Shown here: positions 50,593 through 61,500 of the stretch, in pieces
Layout of the letters: every line of letters starts with the position of its first letter
How positions within the stretch are numbered: position 1 is the stretch's first letter
Source of the DNA: Centroscyllium fabricii
Taxonomy: Eukaryota
Direction of reading: 5' to 3'
Length of the DNA stretch: 64,000 nucleotides
Assembly (NCBI GenBank): GCA_051313645.2
Contig: JBNRSN020000024.1
Location: 46,252,001 to 46,316,000 of the forward strand
The notes under the pieces: generated by a model
Told to the model about the DNA's origin: nothing
The model's input: only the letters and a program-made list of their open reading frames with translations
Databases searched by the model: none
Made by a program: the position numbers and the translations under genes

Positions 50593-52847
50593 AGAGTCAT
50601 AGAGCCATACAGCACAGAAAGAGGCCCTTCGGCCCATCACGTCCGTGCCGCCCATCCAAACCGAGTATTCTAATCCCACTTTCCTGCATTTGGACCGTAG
50701 CCTTGTATGTTGTAACCTTTCAGGTGTACATCCAAATGCTTCTTGAATGTTGTGACTGTTCCCGCCTCTACCACCCTTTCAGGCAGTGAGTTTCAGACTC
50801 CAACCACCCTCTGGGTGAAAAAGTTCTTCCTCACATCCCCCCAAAACCTCCCGCCTCTCACCCTGTATCTATGCCCCCTCGTTATTGACCCTTCCACCAA
50901 TGGAAAAAGTTCCCCGCCATCTACCTTATCTATGCCCCTCATGATTTTGTACACCTCAATCAGGTCCCCTCTCAGCCTCCTCTGCTCCAAGGAAAACAAC
51001 CCCAGCCTGTCCAGTCTCTCCTCATAGCTGAGGCTCTCCATCCCAGGCAGCATCCTGGTGAATCTCCTCTGCACCCTCTCCAAAGCTATCACATCCTTCC
51101 TATAGTGTGGCGACCAGAACTGCACACAATACTCCAGCTGTGGTCTCACCAGTGTTTTGTACAGCTCCATCATCACCTCCCTACTTTTGTATTCTATGCC
51201 CCTGCTAATGAAGGCAAGTATCCCATATGCCTTCTTGACCACCCTACCCACCTGCCCTGCTGCCTTCAAGGACTTGTGTACCTGTACACCAAGGTCCCTC
51301 TGATCCTCTGTCTTCCCTAGAGTGCTACCATTCATGGTGTATTCCCACTCCATGTTAGTCCTGCCAAAATGCATCACTTCACACTTTTCAGGGTTAAATT
51401 CCATTTGCCACTGTTCCGCCCATCTGACCAGCTCATCTATATCCCCTTGCAGCCTGCAGATCTCTTCCTCACTATTTACCACCCCTCCTATCTTCGTGTC
51501 GTCTGCAAACTTGCTGATCATGCCTTTTACGTTGATATCCAAATCATTAATATAGATTACAAATAGCAAGGGACCCAACACCGATCCCTGCGGCGGTACC
51601 CCACTGGACACCGGCCTCCAGTCACAAAAGCAACCTTCGACCATCACCCTCTGCCTTCTGTCACCAAGCCAGTTTTGGATCCATTGTGCCAAGGTACCCT
51701 GGATCCCATGGGCTCTTACCTTCTTGAGTAGTCTCCTATGCGGGACCTTATCAAAAGCCTTACTAAAATCCATGTAGACCACATCCACTGCACTACCCCC
51801 ATCGACATACTTGGTCACCCCTTCAAAAAATTCAATCAAATTAGTCAGACACGATCTTCCCTTGACAAAGCCATGTTGACTATCCTTAATTAATCCCTGA
51901 CTCTCCAAGTGAAGACTGATTTTGTCCCTCAGAATTTTTTCTAGTAGCTTCCCCACCACCGATGTCAGGCTCACTGGCCTGTAGTTTCCTGGTTTTTCCC
52001 TACTGCCTTTCTTAAATAATGGTAGCACATTGGCTATCCTCCAGTCCTCCGGCACATCCCCTGTTGCAAGAGAGGTTCTGAAAATTTGTGTCAGAGCCCC
52101 CGCAATCTCTTCCCTTGCCTCCCTCCGCATCCTGGGATACATCTCGTCAGGACCTGGGGACTTATCTACTTTTAAGCCCGCTAGAACTGCTAGTACCTCC
52201 TCCCCGTCAATACTAATACAATCAAGTATATCACATCTCTCCTGTCCTATTTCTATGTCTGCATCGCCCCTCTCCATCGTAAAAACAGATGCAAAAAATT
52301 CATTCAAAACCCCACCTACATCTTCTGGCTCCACACACAGCTTCCCGCTTTGGTCCCTGATGGGCCCCACTCTTTCCCTCGTTATCCTTTTACCCTTAAT
52401 ATACTTATAGAACACCTTGGGATTATCTTTTATTTTGCCCGCTAGGGTTATCTCATGGCCCCTCTTTGCTCTCCTAATTTCTTTTTTAAGAACCCCCCTA
52501 CACCTTCTGTATTCCTCTAAACTCACCTGTGACCTTAGTTCTTTATGCCTTCCAAAAGCCCCCCTTTTTTTTCGAATCAATTTTTGTATATCGCTCGACA
52601 TCCAAGGCTCCCTGGGCTTATTTGTCCCACCCTTGACCTTTTGGGGAACATGTTTCCTTTGTACTTTTTCAATTACTTCTTTGAACGCCCCGCACTGTTC
52701 TGATGCGGACTTTCCTACGAGTAGCTGATCCCAGTCCACTTTGGCCAATTTCTCTCTTATCAAATTAAAATCGGCCTTGCCCCAATTTAGAACTTTTACT
52801 TTTGGTCCATCTTTGTCCTTTTCCATTACCACCTTAAATATCACTGA
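50593..52847 (-). mobile_element. Young 5'-truncated CR1 LINE with a 683-aa open RT frame
   Basis: ORF 50793-52844: NYRPVSLTS, QHGF, YMDFSKAFDKV, QGSVLGP, FADDTK. Confidence 0.97.
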
Positions 52848-54311
52848 ACAGTTTTATTTGAAAACCGAAAAATGTGGAGAGACACACGGGCTGTGAGCTC
52901 CTCAGCAGCTCGGCTCAGCTCTGCTTGGTGCTGTGTGAACGGGATGCTCCACACCCCGACTGCTCGGAAATGCCAGTGCGGTGGGCCAGTGTACAAGGCC
53001 CAGGGTGGAAGACCCAGAGGAGAGTTTCCTAGGTGGGAAGCCCAGCACGGAGGACCCTAGGTGGGGGGCCCAGGGCAGAGTGGCTGGTCGGCAGAAGCGG
53101 AGTTGGGGGATGCTGTGGGTGAGCATGCTGTACAGTTTCTACGGTTGAAGAATGGTCTCGGGCCCAAATGAGTTCCAGTGGCCCTGCCTGTGCTCCATCT
53201 GGTGGTAGCTGTGAGGCTTTGTTTCGTTGATGGGATCGGATTTGTGAGCCGCCATTTTGGTGGAGGAAAGACGGACTGTTTGCATCTGTACATGGCGCAT
53301 AAGGGGCATAAGATGGAAAAAGAGAACAGAATAAAAGTAGAAAAAAGGAAAATAAAAGGAAGATAAAAGACAAAACAAAGTAATATCGGCCAGGAATAAT
53401 GAATGTCTTGATGGCTGGGTCCTGTGAGTGATAACAGCAAGAAGAGGGAAATTTGAGTAGTCATTTTTCTTTTTTTACAGGATTTGAGAAAGTGGTCGGC
53501 TTCTTTCTGTGGAAAGCTTGAAGACTACGGACAAGGATCATGACATTATATGGTTAGATAACATCAAGTGAAATCAAGGAGTTCAGAGTGCCAATAGGAC
53601 TGGCGTAGAACTGGTATTTACTTGTTTTGTTGAAGTTTCGGGTTTCTGGTTAAAAGTAGTTTAATTGAAATTGATTTCTGATGTGGTTGCGGGACTTTGT
53701 ATATTTTGGTGTTATTTAGTGTGGGTGTCTTCCTTAATGTACGAACGAATGCTCAAGTGAACGCACGCATGTGGATACAATAATACGCACGCATACACAA
53801 TGGAACTTACGTTCGACTGAATGGGGGGCCCGCTCCCCAGGAGAATTTGGCACCCTGCTGGGTGAGCATGAGGCTGCCAGGATGGATGAATGAATGCACG
53901 CATGCACACGGAGACAAATGATACGCACGCATACACAATGGAACTTATGTTCGATCGAATCGGGGGCCTTCGCTCCACAGGAGAATTAAGCACCCTGCTG
54001 GGTGAGCGTGAGGCCTGTCTGGATAGATAAACGAACGCACACATGCACACAGGTAGAAAAATGGCACACATGCACGCAGGCATGCACAATGGAACTTACG
54101 CTTGAACAAACGAACGGAGGAATGAATGACTGAATGATTAAGCGATGCCAGTATGACTGGCGTATACGGGTTCTTTCTTGGTTTATTGGATAGTGGCAGT
54201 TTGTACTGTAAACACCTGTAAAAATGTATTATTGTATTGTTGACCATAAAGCTTTTTATTGTGGTCAATGAATGTAATGGATTTACTATGTAATTGATGA
54301 GTTGTATAAGT

Positions 54312-54463
54312 TCACTAAATATATTCAAAAGGGAGTTAGATGTAATACTTACAACTAGGGGGATCAAGGGATATGGCGAGAAAGCAGGAACGGGGTACTG
54401 ATGTAGCATGTTCAGCCATGAAGGGCCGAATGGTCTACTCCTGTACCTATTTTCTATGTTTCT
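54312..54463 (+). mobile_element. CR1 tail fragment inserted in a duplicated block
   Basis: Interrupts GTTGTATAAGT|ACTGTTGTAC, which is intact at ~54672-54692. Confidence 0.8.
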
Positions 54464-54709
54464 ACTGTTGTACTTGAATGTTAAAAAAAAGCAATTGCCA
54501 ATAGGACTGGCGTAAAATTGGTTTTTGTTTCATTATATGTACTTTTATTGTTAATATTGTTGATTTGTCTGTAAAATTTACTGCTGCATTTGTACTGTTA
54601 ACCCTAAAGTTGTTTTTAAGGTTTTGCTTTATTGGCTAATGAATGTAATGGATTGATTATGTAATTGATGAGTTGTATAAGTACTGTTGTACTTGAATAT
54701 TAAAATAAA

Positions 54710-54820
54710 AACACCAGGTTATAGTCCAACAGCTTTATTGGAAATCACACGCTTTCGGAGCGCAGCTTGTGATTCTCAATAAAGCTGTTGGACTGTAACC
54801 TGGTGTGGTGTGACTTCTTC
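54710..54820. repeat. Fold-back Penelope-like repeat, same family as 5495-5663
   Basis: acaccaggttatagtccaacagctttattg...caataaagctgttggactgtaacctggtgt. Confidence 0.75.
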
Positions 54821-54849
54821 GAGCAATTCATCCTCGCACCTGCTCTCCA

Positions 54850-55089
54850 GAGGAGGGGGAGGGCGGGGTGGCTGTCTGCTGCGGCTAGGGTGAGAAGCGC
54901 GCATGCGCCGCGGGACGCGCGCGCTGCCATCTGGGAGTTGTAGTCCAGAGGCGCATCATTCCCGCCGCCGGCCCCGGGGGGAGGCGGAGCCAATCAGACT
55001 ACAACTCCCAGCGCGCACCGCGGCGCGGCGAAGTGGTGCGGACTCTGTGGTGGGGGCGGGGGAGACTGGAAGTTGTTCTTCACCGGGTG

Positions 55090-55123
<34 letters not shown>

Positions 55124-55207
55124 AACCGGGACATTTGTGCCGTGATTTATCGCCCACCTCAGTGGAAGGAAGCTGACAGCTGGAGCTGAGCGGGAGTCCC
55201 GGCGGCG
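54850..55207 (+). promoter_or_regulatory. CpG-island promoter and 5' UTR of DHRS11
   Basis: CpG-rich; NRF1 motif GCGCATGCGC at 54899; two ZNF143/SBS motifs ACTACAACTCCCAG (minus at ~54931, plus at ~54998); CCAAT at 54990; GC boxes; (GA)n tract at ~55090-55122. Confidence 0.85.
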
Positions 55208-55339
55208 ATGGAGCGCTGGAAGGGCCGCGTGGCTCTGGTAACGGGCGCCTCGGTGGGGATCGGCGCGGCCATCGCCCGGGCGCTGGTTCAACACGGCATG
55301 AAAGTGGTGGGCTGCGCCCGGAACGTGGATAAAATCGAG
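55208..55339 (+). CDS. DHRS11: DHRS11 (short-chain dehydrogenase/reductase 11) coding exon 1; remaining exons not seen in the window
   Basis: MERWKGRVALVTGASVGIGAAIARALVQHGMKVVGCARNVDKIE with the TGxxxGIG Rossmann motif; Kozak GCGATGG; GAG|gtaag donor; directly downstream of GGNBP2. Confidence 0.95.
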
Positions 55340-55387
55340 GTAAGAGAGAGAGAGAGGAGCCGGCGGAGTCCCTCAGACCCCCACCCA

Positions 55388-55525
55388 GCTTTAAAATCGA
55401 TCCCCTCTCCTGTTTCTTTCCAGTTCTGACGAAGGGTCGTCGACCTGAAACGCTAACTCCGTTTCTCTCTCCACCGACGCTGCCCTGGTCTGCTGAGTTT
55501 CTCCAGCGGGTTTTCTGTTATTTTC
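55388..55525 (+). mobile_element. Penelope-like terminal repeat with a hammerhead-like motif, in DHRS11 intron 1
   Basis: Matches 27060-27195; AGTT CTGACGA A GGGTC gtc GACCT GAAA CGCT AACT. Confidence 0.75.
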
Positions 55526-55908
55526 CCCTCAGACGGCGGCCTGTCCACCCCCCCCCCCCCCGGGTCAGCGTTGAGCTGGAAGAGAGACTTTGACATTTGT
55601 GTCTCTCAATCATATTATAGTCAGCCTTGCAACCATCTTGAGTGAAACCATGAGCCCGGCACCGAACTCCGGCCGCGGTGGTAACCGCCGTGCGCTCAGG
55701 TAGGTGTCCAGACACTTTATTTCAGCAGCACCTTCAATGGCGAATGGAATGAAAACTGCGAACCTGGGACAGGCTGTGTCCGGGGGTGGAAAACAAAAAC
55801 CCCTCCTCATGCTGCTGAGATTTGTGGCAGAGACAAACTTGGAATGGTTTTCCTCACCTCGCACCGTTACTGCCCTCGCCGAACCTGTTGGGTTTCACAC
55901 GCTCCCCC

Positions 55909-57125
55909 CTCGATCCACATTAAACCCACTCTCCCCCCATGATCCACATTAAACCCGCTCTTCCCCCTCGATCCACATTAAACCCGCTCTCCCCCCATGA
56001 TCCACATTAAACCCACTCTCTCCCGCCCCTCGATCCACATTAAACCCGCTCTCCCGCCCCTCGATCCACATTAAACCCGCTCTCCCGCCCCTCGATCCAT
56101 ATTAAACCCGCTCTCCCCCCATGATCCACATTAAACCCACTCTCTCCCGCCCCTCGATCCACATTAAACCTGCTCTTCCCCCCTCGATCCACATTAAACC
56201 CACTCTCTCCCGCCCCTCGATCCACATTAAATCCGTTCTCTCCCCCTCGATCCACATTAAATCCGTTCTCTCCCCCTCGATCCACATTAAACCCACTCTC
56301 TCCCCCCCTCGTCAATCCACATTAAACCTGCTCTCTCTCCTCTTCGATCCACATTAAACCCACTCTTTCCCCCCCCCCCCCCCACATTAAACCTGCTCTC
56401 TCCTCGATCCACATTAACCCGCTCTCTCCCCCCTCCTCGATCCACATTAAACCTGCTCTCTCCTCGATCCACATTAAACCTGCTCTCTCCTCGATCCACA
56501 TTAAACCCGCTCTCTCCCCCCTCCTCGATCCACATTAAACCTGCTCTCTCCTCGATCCACATTAAACCTGCTCTCTCCTCGATCCACATTAAACCTGCTC
56601 TCTCCTCGATCCACATTAAACCTGCTCTCTCCTCGATCCACATTAAACCTGCTCTCTCCTCGATCCACATTAAACCTGCTCTCTCCTCGATCCACATTAA
56701 ACCCGCTCTCTCCCCCCTCTTCAATCCACATTAAACCTGCTCTCCTCCTCGATCCACATTAAACCCGCTCTCTCCCCCTCGATCCACATTAAACCTGCTC
56801 TCTTCCCCCCCTCGATCCACATTAAACCTGCTCTCTCTCCTCGATCCACATTAAACCCGCTCTCTTCCCCCTCTTCAATCCACATTAAACCTGCTCTCTC
56901 TCCTCCTCGATCCACATTAAAGCCGCTCTCTCCCCCCTCGATCCACATTAAACCTGCTCTCTTCCCCCCCTCGATCCACATTAAACCTGCTCTCTCTCCT
57001 CGATCCACATTAAACCCGCTCTCTTCCCCCTCTTCAATCCACATTAAACCTGCTCTCTCTCCTCCTCGATCCACATTAAAGCCGCTCTCTCCCCCCTCGA
57101 TCCACATTAAACCTGCTCTCTTCCC
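55909..57125. repeat. Minisatellite of about 40 units of 27-35 bp: core GATCCACATTAAACC plus a variable C/T tract
   Basis: Seen directly; accounts for the RAGLMWIE / GESRFNVDR repeat ORFs. Confidence 0.95.
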
Positions 57126-57974
57126 CCTCCCCTCTATACCTTGAAATCTCGGCCGCTTACTTGACTTTTTGCCCACAGAATTATGGTCCCTGCACCTGAC
57201 AGTAATTCGTTGTGTGATGTGAGGCACTTTGGGACGTTTCGACCTGCTGCGAACACTGTAGAAATGACAAATATATTTCATTGTATTTAGTGATGATTCT
57301 GGTTGCCAATAATTTGTGTAGCCTCTGAGTCCGTACTTGGAAAAGTTTTGTTTACCGTTGGAAAGCTCTGGGCTATTTGGTGGAGGTCTGATTAATAATG
57401 TGCAGTTCAATTAAAACATACCCTGAAGCTGTAAATGGCGATCAGCAACTGTAGACAATTGCGGCACATTTGTCTGTTTTCTGTTGTATTTTTTTTTTTT
57501 TTAATTGGTTGCGATTGATTTATTAGGACGCATGGATTGTATCATGAAGTGGGCATTGATCACTCCTCTGCTTTTGTCCGAATTGTTTTTTTTTGTTTAC
57601 TTGCTCTACTGCGCTTTTGTAAATGATTTCCTCCGCCTGTCCAGTGTCTCCGTTCAAAATCTCAGTAGGCAGCTTGTTCTTCTTCCCAGTTCCCTGGCAA
57701 AACTGCTCTATAGCTGGGTCCTCTGAAGTATTCCAGAGTGTGTAGGTTGAAGTGCCTCCTGATTTTCGCTCCGTCTTGACAGCCAGGCTGCAATCTCTGC
57801 CCAGCTACGTTACAAATTGTGGGAAGAAGCAATGTCCTGCCACAGGTAGCGTTCTTGTTTATAACGGCAGTGTTTCAGAATTACTGCTTAAATAAATTTA
57901 CACAGGTGATGCGCATACCCTCGCATATCTGGTACCCTGTATCAGGAAAGGATCAACAGGCAGGCTCGCTTTTT

Positions 57975-58375
57975 TTCCCCTTGAAAAGAGAAGGCTGAGG
58001 GGGTGACCTATTAGAGATCTTTAAAATAATGAAAGGTTTTGATAGCGTGGATACAGAGAGTGTGTTTCCATTTGTGGGGAAGAGCATAACTAGAGGTCAT
58101 CAATACAAGATAGTCACCAAGAAATCAAATAGGGAATTCAGAAGAAACTTCTTTACCCAGAGAGTGGTGAGAATGTGGAACTCGGTACCAAATTGAAGTT
58201 AATAATATAGATGCAATTAAGGGGCGGTTAAATAAGCTTTATGAGGGGGAAGGGAGTAGAGGGTGACGCTGATGGAGTTAGATGAGGAAAGACGGGAGGA
58301 GGCTCGAGTGGAGCATAAACGCCGGCATGGACTGGTTGGGCCGAGTGGCCTGCTTCTGTGCTGAATACCCTATGT
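57975..58375 (+). mobile_element. CR1 3' fragment, different subfamily
   Basis: LEKRRLRGDL...TRGHQYKI...FRRNFFTQRVVRMWN in hand translation. Confidence 0.85.
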
Positions 58376-59298
58376 AAATGTCTTCTATTGTATCAATAGA
58401 AGCGAAAACAAGACTACCTTTTTCAAAAAAACCTTTTGAGTATCTTCTATTGTAAAGATATTCAAGTTTCCACAATTGTCAATTTTGGAGGTCCGGGATT
58501 GTTGTATTTGCTGCTTTACTCTTTGCCTACTGGGTTCTTGCTAATCGCAGCCAGGAACAGAGGTCAGCATCATGTGTCCACAAATGTGCATTCTTGAAAT
58601 TATTCTCCATTGCTCATATTCCACTCTTTTCATATTGGATGGAGTTCAGAAGAAACCGTGCCCTTCTCTACCTGTACACATCAGGTAGTGGATTTTTGTA
58701 ATAACTGGGGAGCATCCAGGGAACCTTTAAATCATATCCTTTGTGTGAATCTGGATGCTTGGTTTATTGGTTGGAACCAGTTGAAAGGATAGCTAATGCT
58801 GAATTATTTACTGTTAAACAATTCATATAACGCATTACATTAAAGATTCTACTGCTATACTGATTCATCTGGGGACTTGACTTAATGATCTCTCCCTTAT
58901 TTTGACATGTCCTTTGCCAGGAACATAAAGTTTTCAAACTGTCCAGTATGTGCAGTTGGGAGAACAAGACATGGATGCAGGTTGACAAAACAAACTTCAG
59001 TTGATTTATGTATTATAGGGCGAAATGGAGGCAGAGGCAGATTATCTTTGCTGCATGCCAAAGATTTTGATTTCCCAAAGTGCTTCTGTGGTGCTCGTTT
59101 TACAAATTTTCTAAATAATTGTAATTTTGAAATGTTCTAAATGAGATTGCAGACAGACTGACCTCAAGTGCATCTTTGTGTTCCTGTCTCCTTGACCAAA
59201 GGTGACATTTGCAAGCTATGATTTTCTATTGTAACTGTGCATTTCCTAGGTGCTTTCTGCTCCTCAAACTCCAGGCAAAGTTCCTTCAGTCACTGGTG

Positions 59299-59638
59299 CA
59301 GGTACACAATCCCTTATCGGCAACTCCAAAAAACCGAAAAGCTCCAAAAACCGAAGTTTTTCTTCAATTTATTTAAGAAAAAAATGATTAAAGCTGCAGC
59401 AGAAAAAACATGTTCCTACCCCAATCTCGTGCTGTTGATGCCAAGCTGAGGGGAAAAAACGGCCGGTCTCCCCCTGCAAGCGGCCGAGATGCCATTCCCC
59501 GACCGCGAGCTGGGCCACAAACACAGCAATGCTCATGCGTAAGCGATCTGCGCATGTGCACTGGGGCCAACTCTAAAAACCGTATTTATCCGAAACCCGC
59601 CCGGTCCCGAGGTTTTCGGATAAAGGGTTGTGTACCTG
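59299..59638. mobile_element. Tc1/mariner-type MITE
   Basis: CAGGTACACAATCCCTTATC ... GATAAAGGGTTGTGTACCTG|TA. Confidence 0.85.
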
Positions 59639-60414
59639 TACAATGGAATTCTGGAAGAGTGACTGTTGAATACAGTATTTGAAATGACCAAGAAATTAAA
59701 AAAAAGCCTACTTACACTGCAGCTTCTGGTCTTGGATAGTTTGAGTTCCAGACAGACAGAACCCTGTTTACACTGCTTACCTCCCACCTGACTAGAAATG
59801 CTATCTGTCCTGCTTAGAAGAGAACTGTGAGCATGCCTGGACACATGCTTGTGCAGAGGGCTCTCCTGAAAGTTAGAAATCTAAATATTTAACTAGCAGG
59901 GAGGGAAGAATTTCTGCGCTTTAACATTTAAATTAACCTCAGGTAGGGGTCCAACAGACCTTCCCCAGCACCTTGCAAACCAGATTTGCATTCCAGGCCA
60001 TGTCAGACAAAGCAGTTTGCGAGGGCCTTGAGAGTTTCACTGCTCTTTGCTCTGGAATCAGGTCGGCCCCTGACTCTGGATTTACTCTGTCAATTTAGCA
60101 TTGTTGTGAAGCTGAAACTGCTTTGCATCGGCTTATACTCGCAGTGGAAATGCAGCCATACGGCATTTTTCCACCAAGAGCGTGCCTTCAAGGGCAGGTG
60201 CGTGACATTCAAGTTCTTGACGGCACTCTTTAATACAGAGGCTCCAGACCAAATTGGAGACTTGGACCGTGTGGTTTTGTTAGCCTCTTGTACCTACAAC
60301 TGGAGTCCGTTCTGTGTGTTGTGGTGCACAATAGTGTGATGTTGAATGGCTCCCCAGGTGTGCATTATGAAATAACGTTGTGTAGGTGGGAGAAGAAATG
60401 GCCGTGTAGGTGAA

Positions 60415-60835
60415 AGAAAGACTTGCGTTTTATATAGCACCTATCGGGATGTCCCAAAGAGCTTCACAGCCAATGAGGTACTTTTGAAGTGTAGTCGCTA
60501 ATGTAGGCAACGCGGTAGCAATTTGCGCACAGCAAGCTCCCACAAACTGCAATGTGATAATGACCAGATAATCCGTTTTTGGTAGCGATATTGGTTGAGG
60601 GATACATGTTGGTCATTATACTGGGGACATTTTCCCTGCTCTTCGAAACCATGGGATCTTTTAGGCCCACCTGAGAGGGCAGACAGGGCATCGGTTTAAC
60701 GCCTCATCTGAAAGCTGGCACTGCACTGGGAGTGCCAGTCTAGATTCTGCGCTCAAATCTCTGGAGTAGGTCTTAAACCCACGAGCTTCTGACTCGGAGC
60801 CGAGGGTGTTGCCAACTGAGCCACAGCTGACACCC
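60415..60835 (-). mobile_element. SacSINE1/DeuSINE-like SINE, near full length
   Basis: Minus-strand tRNA head (gctgtggctcagttggcaacac...gggtttaagacc), Deu-like core and ctttctttc tail. Confidence 0.8.
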
Positions 60836-61184
60836 TGAGAAAAGAGGACATGGCTCTTGTTCTTTCTCGCAGCCTACAAAACGTTGCTTTTCTGTTAACA
60901 GTTGGCATTGCTGTGGAAATCAAGAACTGATGCACAATGTAACTGCACTGTTGAAATTTACACAAACAATAGTGCCCTTGTACATCACGTGCATTTTTAT
61001 CGAAAAGGTACTTTTACAGTGACTAGATACAGTAAATAAGGGATCAGCTATGATGAGAATAGCATCAGACTGTTACTGAATTGCACTTTTGTATATTTTA
61101 GATGAAATGGGGGGAGCAATTTTGTACCCTTCCAGATTTTCAACCTTTAATACTTTTCTATAATCAAAATGTCTAAAGAGGGGA

Positions 61185-61500
61185 CATCTGGGTGGTGCAT
61201 TGGGTCAGGCACTGGCCTTTCACCTCTGGGACCTAGGTTCAAATCCAGCCCAGACTGCTGGAATGCCAGTCTCCTCTGTCCACTGCCCGTAAGGTTCTTA
61301 TGTGAAACAAGTATGGGGAAATGGCAATCTAGTAGCTTGTGAGCATGGGTCTTCTACTGGCCCATATCTAACACTCTTTGGCAGAGTGGCTGGTGTGTGA
61401 AATAAGTCACACTGGTGACTGCAGTAAGGAGTACTCCACTGGCCTTCAGGCAGAGTAGAGAGACCTTTCTCCTTCATCTGGCTGTGCTCAACCTGACTGA
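61185..61500 (+). mobile_element. tRNA-derived SINE with LF-SINE-like head
   Basis: ggcctttcacctctgggacctaggttcaaatccagcccag contains a B box. Confidence 0.55.

Noticed and set aside
55909-57125. CRISPR-like look (constant repeat with variable spacers) and the repeat-protein ORFs 56040-57410
   Set aside because: The spacers are short low-complexity C/T tracts, there are no cas genes, and this is a eukaryotic intron; the ORFs follow from the repeat periodicity.
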